Assembly: GCA_030141605.1 (NCBI GenBank)
Contig: JAQGDQ010000012.1
Span: 310,001 to 374,000, forward strand
Direction of reading: 5' to 3'
DNA length: 64,000 nt
Source of the DNA: Tubiluchus corallicola
Taxonomy: Eukaryota; Animalia; Priapulida
Both the position numbers and the translations under genes were made by a program. Below the pieces are notes generated by a model. The model was not told where the DNA came from. It did no database searches and saw only the letters and a list, made by a program, of their open reading frames with translations. Positions 52,701 to 64,000 of the stretch are shown here, piece after piece. Within the stretch, counting starts at the first letter, position 1. Every line of letters starts with the position of its first letter.

Positions 52701-55700
52701 GGACTACCTTAACAAACATGTGGTAGGTAGATTGAGAAAAGGAGCATATTAATTAACCTGTTTAGTGTTTGGGTATTTTAATAGTCTGGTTATTGCGATT
52801 TGCGTAATGATGTCTTTTTTCTATCTTATGTGTGAACTATCTGCAAGTTATAAACTATTTTTCTTTTTGAAGTGATTTTCACCCAGAGTTCACAGTATTT
52901 GTTTTTCACCCAGAGTTCACAGTATTTGTTATCTGTATTTGTGTGCTTATAAATATCTACCATCATTTCTTGTGTTTTAACTTTTGAAGTAATGTTTACA
53001 TACCCTGCCTAATACCTGTGATGAAAACTCAGTCAACTTAGTTGACGATACTGATAATATACATGCCCTAATTCTGGTTTAGTAGTTATTTTAAGAATGC
53101 CCTTTTCTTGACAGTGGAGATGTGCTGACGAGGAGGTAGCTAGATGTAGAAGTCATCTTAATGCACGTATGCTTTGGCACATCAAAGTAGTAGTAGTCTG
53201 CCAAACAAACCTGCATGATCGCATTTTGTTTTTGAAGTGCTGTTTACCAAAGCAGCCGTCTGACAGTGCACTCAAACAAATGAGTTTACTGTTCGATCTA
53301 AAACGAGTTTGAGCAGTATGTGTGTGGCACTGCTATTTCGAGTTTCTTGTTAGTTCACATAAAATGATTATCTACCTTTTTGGATTAATTGCTAGTTATT
53401 TTCAATTGCCTGTTAGTTGTTTTCAGTTATACTTGTATTTTAAGTTTTGGTAACTGTTTAGTTTCTACATAAATAAGGTCACTGATAAGATAAACTGGTA
53501 AAATTCTGTGTGACCTGTCTTACGGATAAGATGTAGTTTATGTTTATTATTTTGTCTAGTGTATGTCAGCTCTCTATTGATTCTTCTAAGAAAGTTTCTG
53601 CACATTCTTCCTTTGATTGTTCACTTGTTCTTATTCTTTTGTCGAGAAAATAATGTACATATTGCCTTAGGCCTGTTTAATGTCAGTTTTATTAATCAAA
53701 GCTGTTTTGTTGTTTCTCTTGCCCGAGTTAGCCTAAAGTCTCTTAACAGCTACCTTATATGGGTTATACAACTCTTGGGAGGCTTTCTTGGTAATATCTT
53801 GCATTTGGAGTAGACTTGCTAGACAACATCTGTTACTTGTATAAGTCAGACAAAAATCAATGGCATTGTCACTGTATCAGCTATCATCATCATATGCCCA
53901 TTATGTCTGTTGTAGACACTGGTCAGGCAGAAGTCTTAAAAAAAGAAATCTGCCCTCAAGACAAGTAAACACAGCAGTAATCCAGTTAGTAGACACTGCA
54001 GCTTGTCAGCACTGCTGTATCAGCCAGAGTTAGTCAATATTTTACAAATGACCATTGATCATTTAAAATAATCAAAAAATGAGTAACTTAAATGACAATG
54101 AAATGTCGTTTGATTACAATAAAGTTAGCGTAAGTAATTTCGCCAGTAATAACTAAGCAGGTTGTGTTTGACATTATTAAGACTTCCTTCTGTATCATGA
54201 TAGGATTAAGGCAAAATTACAAGTGTCTCACAATTGTCTTAATATTAAAGACAAGGTAAGAAATGCAAATTTCTTAAGCAATATATTATTAGTGTATAGT
54301 CACATAGCATTACATGTAGCAAAATTACAGATGCTACAATTATAATTTCTTAGGTAGACAGTAGTTATACACAGACATAATTTTATGCAACTACTAAGAA
54401 ACTACCATGTTTTGTTATTAAAAGAGACGGTTAGGAGATAATGATTTATAATTTAATAGCAACATCAGATAAGGAGTAAAACTTTTAATAAAGTTTACAT
54501 TAAAGAGACTTAGGACTTTGAAGGTTTGAGATATTGGAAAAATGTTCCTTTACGTTATAAATTTGATTTTGCTAATTATTAATTGCTAGCAAACAGAAGC
54601 TACGGTTTTAGTTTTTTTGGGGGATTACAAAAAGAATAAATATTGTAAAAGAAAAGAAAAGTAATAAACTTAAAATTTGTATTGAATTGGCATTTACGTG
54701 TAGTGACTGCATTTCTCTCAGTAAAAACTAGAAGTGAATCTAATCAGCTGCTGCTAACTCTAGCACAGCCAATAAAGGTCTGGAAGGATTAGTGGGCCAC
54801 TGGGCAAAATTTGAAATCACGTGACATCAACAGATTGTGTAATGCAATAGTCACGACACTGGAGTTCAAAACTCAAAATTGCAATTTTTTACTTTGAAAT
54901 TTGTCAGCATCAAATTTAAATCAATGTAAGGACAACTTACGCTTTATTATTAATTAAACATTTCGGTTAATTCCATAACCATTTTCAATAGTATAGCATC
55001 AATAGTAGATATATTTTCAATAGTATAAATATATATTAATTTAAGCTTTTTAATTCAATTGTGTGTAAGATTGGTGTTTATTGAGGTTTAAGAATAAAGT
55101 TTTAAATTTTAAATTTAAAAAAAATTCAAATTTAAATTTGTCATGCTTTATGTGTCAAAAATTAATAATAATATACAAAGTTTGTATAAAACAATATTTT
55201 ACATACAATTGATTCATTTTTATTTGGTCTTAACCGAAACATCTATGATTTAATTTCTACAATTTTGAATTTCTGAGTTCATTAGACATTTAAGGACAAA
55301 TTATAGGAATTTAATGTAATGCCTTTTTAATATTAGCTTTTGATGGCAGTACTTTCCTGAAATTTAAATGTTAGTGTGAAGTAGGTAAAACTCTACATTT
55401 TATTTTCACTTTCAGACTGGCATTTCCAAAAATACCAGTAAGTTCACTTACAGTAAGTTTTTAATGAGAAACTGTTTGAAAGGAAACTCACTTTTGCATT
55501 AATAATTCCAATAAAACTGCCATTAAAAGTTTTACGAAACTGGATTTACATGTAAGTTTCATTTTGAAAATGTCCTTACTTTTTTAATTTTTTTAAGATT
55601 TAAGACGTGCATTCTTAGTTTATAACTTTTTAGTACGTTGCATCTTGCCTTAGCTGTATCTTTTATTTTAAATATACAGACTTCGTTAAACTATCCCGAA

Positions 55701-58700
55701 TGCCCGAATGCTAGTCCTCGACAGGCAATCATCTGGTGATTTAACGTCTTTTGCTTCTGCTGCTGTCAACTGCAAGAATAATAACAAGATATCACGAAGA
55801 AGTGTAATATTATTTGTGGGTAATACTTGGTGTTGCCTGCTGACTGATTTAATTGCCTTCAGTCGTAGAAATGCAATTTCACTTGTCACTTATCCTATTT
55901 AGTGATCAAGTTGCAACTAGTTCAGAAGCTTGTTCAATTTTGTATGACGTATTGAAATAGTCAATGTAAAGACTGCTTAAGCTGTGAGCTACATCTGCAT
56001 TACAGTAATAGCTCAAGGCATATTGTTACATGGTACTTTTCACAACATTTTCTTTGGACAACATTTTGCTTTTTCCTGCACTTATCCACATTTATGCTGT
56101 TACGCAAGTGAAACTAAACACTTAATCGATTTGTTGAAGACACAAGTATTATCTCTTAATACTTTTTTATTTATTTAAATGTCTTTAAATGATAAGTTTC
56201 CATATCACTGCTGTCCTCATCTGAATGGTGAGTTGCTGTGGTGCCCACTGGTTCATTTTTCTCGTCCGTGCTGCAGTCAGTTCGTTCGGTAGGTTGTGTT
56301 TGCTCCCTCTTTTGGTCTCTTGTTCGGCTGACTGCTCTGCATCGATAACAGCAACCAAACACAATACTGATAATCAGTACTGCTGTAATGAACGCAGGGA
56401 TGGCTATGAGCAGTCCTTCCCGCAAACTGTTCACCTCTTCCACTTCTTGAATGGGCGGATTATTCACAATAGCATGAAGTTGTTCAAGCAAACGTTTCTT
56501 ATTGTACATGGATATGTTCTGATCCATTCTGTTTCTTTAACATCAAAAACTAACTCCATGTAACAGTTGGCTCATTTGACAAAGGAACGTACTGAGTGCT
56601 TATGATGCAGCGCTACATTAATTGTTGGTGTTCTTGTTAGTTTCACTGCTAAATGCCCAATTGTTTTTTCATCTCAGTTTTTAGTTTCTTGTCTGGTATT
56701 ACACAACTAATTTGAATACATTTGCCAACAAGTCCCCTGCCTTGACAATACACTCTGTTCCGGCTGTTTTCTAGTACTAAGCACCATCTCTAGGAAGCTT
56801 TGAATTGCCTTAATCCTGCAGCACCTTTTCAGCATTACAATAATCAGCTCTGCACCGAACAAGACGCTCTGCAACAGATCAACGAAACCTCACAAAGTGC
56901 TTATAATACCTTATGTTGCTTCATTTGTTGTGAGCATGTGCACCACCTGAACTGCTTTGATCCATGCTTGCATGCTCAGTAATAAGCAGACGCTTTTATT
57001 GTGTTAGCCCTGCCTTAATTTTTATGCTGCAGCTTCTTCCCTGGCTTCCCAAGACATCACGTGGCAAATCCTGCTGCCAGCCTATAAACAATTAGGAGAG
57101 CCAAGCAGTTTCTAATTGCAAACCCTCGTGCTTATAACAATGCTGCTGTGTGGCATTTTCATGTTCATCTGTACCAGTTTACTGTATCTATTTCCAAAAC
57201 TCCGAAACATGGGCACTTGTTACAATATCATTTTAACTATTTTAGTTCATTGTGGCATTCAAACATGAATTTTAAGTATCCTTTTTACAGAGTTTTGGTG
57301 TTACGTTCATCTAAAGTGAATTCATATGACGATTTTAGTTTTGAATTTTATTATCATTTTATTTTTTTGACTTTATTTAAATTAAAAGCAATGTAAATAA
57401 TTAGGTATGAAATTCTGTTAGCCAGTTTTGATTTTGTTACTTGTAAACTGGTGTTTGGGTAAAACTAGTTTCAATGTGAACAAACACTACTGTAATGGTC
57501 TCACATTTATTTTTAATTCAGGCTTTGCAAGACACAGAACCATTTCCAAATATTTACAATTGTCTTAAAACTTTTTATGTCATCTGCAGATATTGGATAC
57601 ATTAATCTGTAAAAAAAGTAATTGTCAGCTAACGTATTCCAGAAAGTCTTTAAAAATACTAATAAAATTATTGGATCCTAAAGCTAAAAGAGTTCAGGTG
57701 TTGCAGTTGAAAAATTGTGTTTTAGTTGGATTGTAAATAAGAAAACACTCAAACAAACCTCATTTCTTGCAGGTGTGTGCGAAATTACGAATTAGTGATT
57801 TAAATCCAGATATTGTACTTGTCGCTCAGAGTAAAAAACACTGAGAACAGTAGACAGCACCTGAACATTAAACTAATGCACTATAAATTGAACATTTTTG
57901 CTTTGAAAGCCAAAAACTAGTTTCATTTTTCAATGTATTTATTCTCTCTTTAGACCCCTCAATTAATTAAACTGAATGAAGATGGGGATGTAATACCTTG
58001 TTTGTTCCTTTAACAGTAATAGTAACATTTTAGTGACGAGATTAGAACACAGCCTGGTCAGGCATTTTGGTTGCTAGGCAGCAGGGTAAACTGAATCTGT
58101 AAGAAAGTCATGCTGAAATAGTTGCCAAACTTGACTAAGAAAGCTTTGTTAGATCTCAGTGGATTGTCTCATAATTGGTTGAATTCCAGTCCTGCCACAG
58201 CCATTGCCATTGCCATTAGTAGGCGCTCCGTTAAATGCTGGATGCCAGATTACAGCATATAAATAATTGAAAGTAATTCATTTAAAATACAGTTTTCATT
58301 TGCTTTTTTTAGGCAAAGGGTCCAGGTGGAAGTCAACCTGGCCAAATTTACTATGAGAATCTTTGTCTGAAGGCAGTAAATCAATCTATTGGTAAGCTTC
58401 ATTTGATGCAGGTAATGACATACATTGTCTACGAGCAAAATTTATTGCAGTCCCTCTACTGTGTGTCTGCAATGTTGGCAAGTAACGAGCTCATACGGGT
58501 TATATGAGTGAAGCTGCTTAATCTGCTGCAATTACTTTGCTATAACCAGCTAGCTGTAATTGCAAATTTAACAACAGTTTCTTTGAGGGGCGTTTGCCGT
58601 TTCAATTAGAGGCACTGCATGTCTAGCTTGCAGCAAGACAGAAAAGTAAATTATAAATGTTATCATGAAAGTTAGCATGGACATGAATAAACTGTTGTTC

Positions 58701-61700
58701 GTTATCTATACCAGTGAGCTGTAATTGTATTATGAACTGCCTGGGGTTTAGTGACAGCGACACAACAACAAGACTATACTGATTATACAAACGCAGTTTA
58801 TATACAGGATACAAACTGTGGTGTAGCACAAGGATCCACCCTACGACACTGCTTTTTCTTATCTACATTAATGAATTACTTCTTATTACGGTTTCAATAC
58901 ACGTATTTTTGTTGATCATAAGTGAACAAATTCTCAGTTATTTAACAAGTAAATATAATTACTTTTATCAAAAGCAAATTTTCATGGCAAGATCTCTCTA
59001 TTTTTTGTCTTCAAAACTATTGTATTCACAATATCATCCACACTAGAGAAGTAATTGGGAATCGAGGCATATGGTAGTAGGTGCGTGCCAGGTTGTGGGT
59101 GCCCTTAAAACCTCATTTCAAATTCAGCCAGTCGTCGACTTACGGCCACATTTGGCTTCGAGCAAACTACCAATCAACTTTTTGAGCTCCATCGCTCGTT
59201 TGTCATTTCACTCATTTGACACTAAGCACCTATCAGCTACATGGGTGTCGAATTAGTGAAGCTGCTACTGGCAGAGAGTGTCAGTAAATACAAAAAATGT
59301 ATTATCTGTTTGTAGGTCGAGCAATTAGACACAAAGACGATTATGCTACCATTCTTTTACTGGATCATCGCTATGGTAGAAATTCTATTATTTCCAAACT
59401 TCCTGAATGGATTTCACAATATCTGAAAGTTTACTCTGAATTTGGAATCGCTTTTACCGAGATTAGAAAGGTAACTATTTGAGAATGCAATTAGTGTGAA
59501 TCATTAGGTACGGCTACTTATTTTATCATTTAAACTAATGCTGGTGGTGTGGAATTCAGAAAACCTTTTATTTTAATAGCACATTGTTAGCATTTTTTCA
59601 AAAAGCTTAAAACTAAGAGAATGCTTTATCGTTTCTTCAAAAAGCTTACTGGCGAAAGTGTGCCAGCCAGTGCTAGTTTCATCTCTTATATTACTATAAT
59701 TAGTGTCATTCTATTTACCAAAGGTGGCTTCCAGAACATACAAGTGTTTTTATTATTGCCTGAGTCATTATTAAGCTTGTTCTCAAATGCTTCAAAAGGT
59801 TCAGAGAAGTTTAGTCACTAGGACTGGTGTCATTATCCCTTTCACTGGAAGTTTAGTCACCAGAGTTGATGTCATTGTCTCCTTCACTAGAAGTTCAGTC
59901 ACCAGAGTTGGTGTCATTGTCTCCTTCACTAGAAGTTCAGTCACCAGAATTGATGTCATTGTCTCCTTCACTAGACATTCAGTCACCAGAGCTGATGTCA
60001 TTATCTCCTACACTAGAAGCAAGTTCAGTCACCGGGACCGGTGTCATTGTCTCCTTCACTAGGAGTTCAATCACCAGGACTGGTGTCATTGTCTCCTTCA
60101 CTAGAAGTTTTGTCACCAGGGCTGATGTCATTGTCTCATCTAGAGATTCAGTCACCAGGAGTGGTGTTATTCTCTCACTCAGTAAAATTTTAGTTTGCAT
60201 GACTGTCTGCTTCTTTGCCAGGATTAATTCCATTCTTTTGTCACCAGACATTTTGTTGATGTCAGGTTGATTTCAACCTGAAGGTTGATTTCATTCACAA
60301 ATTATTGTCAGCTACCACCTTATTGATATTATCTTATTTAAAGGAGCAATTTCAGACACCAGGGTCAGTTTCACTCAACAGACTAATTTTAAGTGCCAAA
60401 GATGCTTTTGTTCAACCAAGAATGGTCTTATTCACCAACCCAGCACTTCCACTTGCAAGAAATTTCTTCATTCATTGCATTCTTAATTAATTAAATTCAT
60501 CAATTATATTTTAGTGCTGATGTGGCTTTCATTGATATTGGCTTGAGAATTCACCTATACTTACCCACTTTTAAGTGTTTCTTTTTTTGTTGATCCTGCA
60601 TGATACTTTCTGAAGTATGTGGGCTGACGTTGTCAAACAACTGCATTTTACACGTAGCGTCGCCAGCTAAAGATGCTATCGCTGTGTCGCAGATTTTCAC
60701 CTGCCTTTATTAAGCTTCTTTATTTTTTGATAAAGGAAGGATCAGGAAATTTAATACAAAGCTATAAAGCAGCCCTCTTACTTATTCGTGTTAATAGAAA
60801 TCTAGTAACTCGAGTAATTTGTGCCAACAACCACATGATTATAATGATGCTAGTGTCATGCAGTTTCAGCATGAATAAAAACAATTATTAAGCTTATTCA
60901 TGTAATAAGCTTGTGGCTTTTGCGCACTAGTTTTCGACTAAATATCAATCTGGGAACAAAACTAACTTCAATTTTTGACATGTACGACTGGTATTAAATT
61001 TCGAACTGACTTTCTTTTGTCTGTTCTTGTACGTTCACTGACCTTGCATCCTTGGGGTACAATATAGAGGTGCAGTTATTGTTAGGGAAAGTGGCAAACA
61101 TGCAGTAGACTTCCGTGTGCAACTTTCTACCGAAAAGAAAAATTCATTGGTGCTATCGCTAACTTGCAATCGTGCAATATCGTGTAGTTAAGTTCAACAA
61201 CCTTACTGATGGACAGTGAAAGCTGTGAAACTTCAGTCAAAAAATGATTTTTAAGAAAATGTGTGGCATATATGTTGCCATTTTTGTTTGAATTTCATTA
61301 TCACGCCTCCAGTATACTATAAGCATTTTATTGAAATTGTAGCTGCTTTTGCAGTGAATTGTCAATTACAATAATATTAATTATAATTATATACATTTAT
61401 GTTGTTTATTAACAAAAGTGTTCCTTCTTAGTGAGATGTTTTTGTTTTACTTTTTACTTTTTTTATACAATATTTAGAGAGCACACAAAGTGACTTGACT
61501 AACTCACCTTAAATGTCTGTCTGCCCTGTTTAATATTTGTTATTAGCAAGTAACTCAAAAGTGCATTGCTAAAGAAACCGTATGAGTAACGGTCTTATTG
61601 CAAATAGGGCAGGTGTGGAGTGGTTGTTCTGTAATAATTATATCTAACTGGAATTCCTGAGAATTTCATGTCACCACTGTTACCGTGGCAACGCAGTCTG

Positions 61701-62958
61701 AGGCTGTATTATGTTTCTTTAATTATTTTGTCTTTTAATAATTCTCTCTTTCCAAAAACAAATTAAGACATTTTCTTATTTTAATGTCATATTTTATACT
61801 TAAAAATCATATACTGTGAAAATTTTATTGGCATTTAATGACATGGCTCTGTGCGTATCATATATTGTTAATAAAGTGAGTAAAGCCACAATTATTTAAC
61901 TTTTGAATCTAGAAAATGGCCGATACAAAGAAATATGAAAAAATTGTAAATATCTAACCACAGTTGGCACCAATTTATTGATTGCTTTAGCAGCTCACCT
62001 CAATTAGGCATTCCAGTAAGGCAGTTCTGAATGTTGCTAGTTGTTTGAAATCAGGGTAATAACTGACTTGACTAGTCAAAGATCATGTTGTGTCCATTTA
62101 GCAACTGGAGTTAGGCAACACTTTGTTGAATTAGTAAATGGAGGGATCTCTGGGAAGTATTATTCTTGAGTGGTTCATCTGCCATACTGACCAGCACTAT
62201 TTAGTATTTACCTGCTATAATCGTTGATAATTAGGCAAGTTCTTGTTCGATTATGCCACAACCATCTACATTAAGTATGCCCTTTTGTTGATTGTTGGAT
62301 CTGGCTTCGCAAAGTGGAAATTGTATGAAAAAGTAATAAGTTCCTTGTTAGCATTTTTGTCGTGGCATGGAGCTTAGAAGCTAATTGTCACATAAAATGC
62401 AAAATGATTCCAGGTTTAGAGTTTGGCAGTTACAGTAGTAAAGGATCCTAAACAAAAGTTTTCGTTAAGTATACCTTCTTGCTGATGGTAGAAGCCCATA
62501 CTATTAATTAAATTTTGATTCCTGGATCCATATAGCCTGGATTTGAGCCAGGGTCCTTCTGCTTACAAAGTAGATGCTCCTGCCCGCCATGTTGCTCATT
62601 GATCAAGGTAGACCATAGTTAACAATCGTCATGTTTGTAATATAACTGTGGATTTGTACCACTTTCATCTAATGATAATCTTGACATTAACATTATAACA
62701 ATGAGTACTTTTTTGTATTTACTTGTTTAGCAAGGATTAACTCTTAGCCAGTAAATTTTAAATAGGACGTCTGTACAGTACTTATTTTAACTAATCACGA
62801 TTATTTTAAATTTGTCAAGTTTAACATTGCTTCAAATTCAAGTGGTGATGATTTTGCTAGTTTGACTACACAATTAATTAGGAAATTTGGCTGACAATAA
62901 TTTGCAAAATATATTTCTTAATTTTTTTCAGTTTTTTACTGCAAAAAGGACGGTCTAG
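40777..62958 (+). CDS. DDX11: ATP-dependent DNA helicase DDX11/ChlR1 (Fe-S, XPD family), 20 coding exons, 905 aa
   Basis: Exons 40777-40938, 41364-41505, 41817-41959, 43158-43376, 44187-44294, 44599-44796, 45410-45505, 46018-46170, 46710-46840, 47607-47806, 48498-48707, 49091-49203, 50173-50349, 50729-50878, 51552-51620, 51738-51838, 52638-52722, 58313-58391, 59316-59470, 62932-62958 (2718 nt, in frame). [27 protein letters not shown], Fe-S cysteines (LCIN, DRC, CPF, CPYY), [39 protein letters not shown]. Confidence 0.96.
56171..56527 (-). CDS. Putative small single-pass membrane protein (118 aa) nested antisense in DDX11 intron 17
   Basis: Hydrophobic helix [21 protein letters not shown] followed by CCYRCR and a basic then acidic tail; AATAAA at the stop on the minus strand. 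No family recognised. Confidence 0.5.
   Translation of the reverse strand: MDQNISMYNKKRLLEQLHAIVNNPPIQEVEEVNSLREGLLIAIPAFITAVLIISIVFGCCYRCRAVSRTRDQKREQTQPTERTDCSTDEKNEPVGTTATHHSDEDSSDMETYHLKTFK
58780..58920 (+). mobile_element. LINE (CR1/L2-like) reverse transcriptase remnant
   Basis: Translates [21 protein letters not shown]...IFVD with a frameshift, matching the [20 protein letters not shown]...FADD RT motif. Confidence 0.7.
59806..60181. repeat. 42-bp minisatellite, ~9 units, in DDX11 last intron
   Basis: Consensus GAAGTTCAGTCACCAGAGTTGATGTCATTGTCTCCTTCACTA; one unit has a 4-nt insertion and two are 39 nt. Confidence 0.93.
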
Positions 62959-64000
62959 CAGTTATGAAAAAAGATGATGTAACAGTTATGGAACACTCCA
63001 TTTGTTTGCTGTAATAATTGCTTTTTTCTATAGTTAATGTATAATTCACTTGTATAATTGTGGTATCTTAATCAATTAAATAATACGTATGCTGTTTATT
63101 ATTATTTTTTCTGTTTGGTGTTTGTGTTGTATTGTGTTTGTTTTAAACTCAGGACAAGGCTCTTAGTGTACGGTAGTACAATACTGAATTATCGTATGAT
63201 ACAATTGTTTTGCTTAGAAAGTATCCATTAAGCATGATATAAAATTGTACAACATTTTTTCGGAAATATGGTACAGTTTGCAATTAAGAATTTTGTTCAT
63301 AGCCATATTTTTGTCATATGCTTTCTGTACTGACTATTACTCAGTCTTGTGTGATACATTGTAGGTGTTAGAGAATGGATGAATAATCTGGAGAATGGTG
63401 AACACATCTATTTTGTTTAGAAAGCAATCTCATGTAACCCACTGCTGTTGGTAATTAATAAATTAGTAAAATTAGCTAATAAGTAAACGTTAATACACCA
63501 TGTTTCTTTTTCTGACAATCTTGCTGCAGCATAGTTGTTACTCATTTGCAATAGATTTGTACCTACATAATGAGCATTTTCAAAAAGTTATTCACAACTA
63601 TAACACGTGAAATTTTGCATAACACATTTCTCTATGATAACTGATTTAAGTGAAACCTGTCTGTATGGAATGTATTTGCATGTATGATATGGTGATACAA
63701 AATTTTTCATGGGAACATGATTTTTGTACCATACTACCTATCTTGGCTGAGGAAACTTTCACTTTGAGCAACTTTGAATGCTTCCCAAATAGAATCAAGT
63801 AATAGATACTGTAATATAGCCTGTGGCATTATGTTTTTACCAACTTTGAATAGTGTAAAACAGTAAATTTCTAATACTGTGATTATCACATATGTTGAAC
63901 ATAAAGTGTCTAGAAAAATTAAGCAAAAATAACAACCTTTTTGATAATGAATTCTGTAGCTTCTCATGTGTACATATTATGTCATTACTGTCTAACAAAG

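Noticed and set aside
53015-53060. C/D box-like pair GTGATGA...CTGA in a DDX11 intron
   Set aside because: Spacing is too short, with no terminal stem and no recognisable rRNA guide.
59806-60181. Selenocysteine-rich repeat protein (periodic in-frame TGA)
   Set aside because: The same position is TAA or AAA in other units, a 4-nt insertion shifts the frame, and I saw no SECIS.

Overview
AT-rich animal (probably invertebrate) nuclear DNA with spliceosomal introns. Reading splice sites by hand gives, left to right: a probable long 3'UTR of an upstream gene (to ~2260); a 4-exon secreted short pentraxin (-); a 5-exon microsomal epoxide hydrolase EPHX1 (+) with one GC-AG intron; tRNA-Gly(CCC) (-) head-to-head with a 5-exon MCRIP/FAM195 gene (+) absent from the ORF track; intronless SIRT4 (-) and intronless nicalin NCLN (+) arranged divergently; and a 20-exon DDX11/ChlR1 Fe-S helicase (+, 905 aa). 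The last DDX11 introns hold an antisense single-pass membrane-protein ORF and a 42-bp minisatellite. Mobile DNA includes a hAT element with an intact 8-bp TSD, a Kolobok element inserted at a TTAA within a LINE fragment, a three-copy TTAA-ended repeat family, LINE RT remnants, and two inverted 15-16-bp periodic arrays bracketing EPHX1. All family assignments come from recalled motifs; no database search was run. I found no clearly novel system. The best leads are the SIRT4/NCLN/DDX11 promoter-sharing architecture, the nested antisense ORF, and the inverted arrays around EPHX1.
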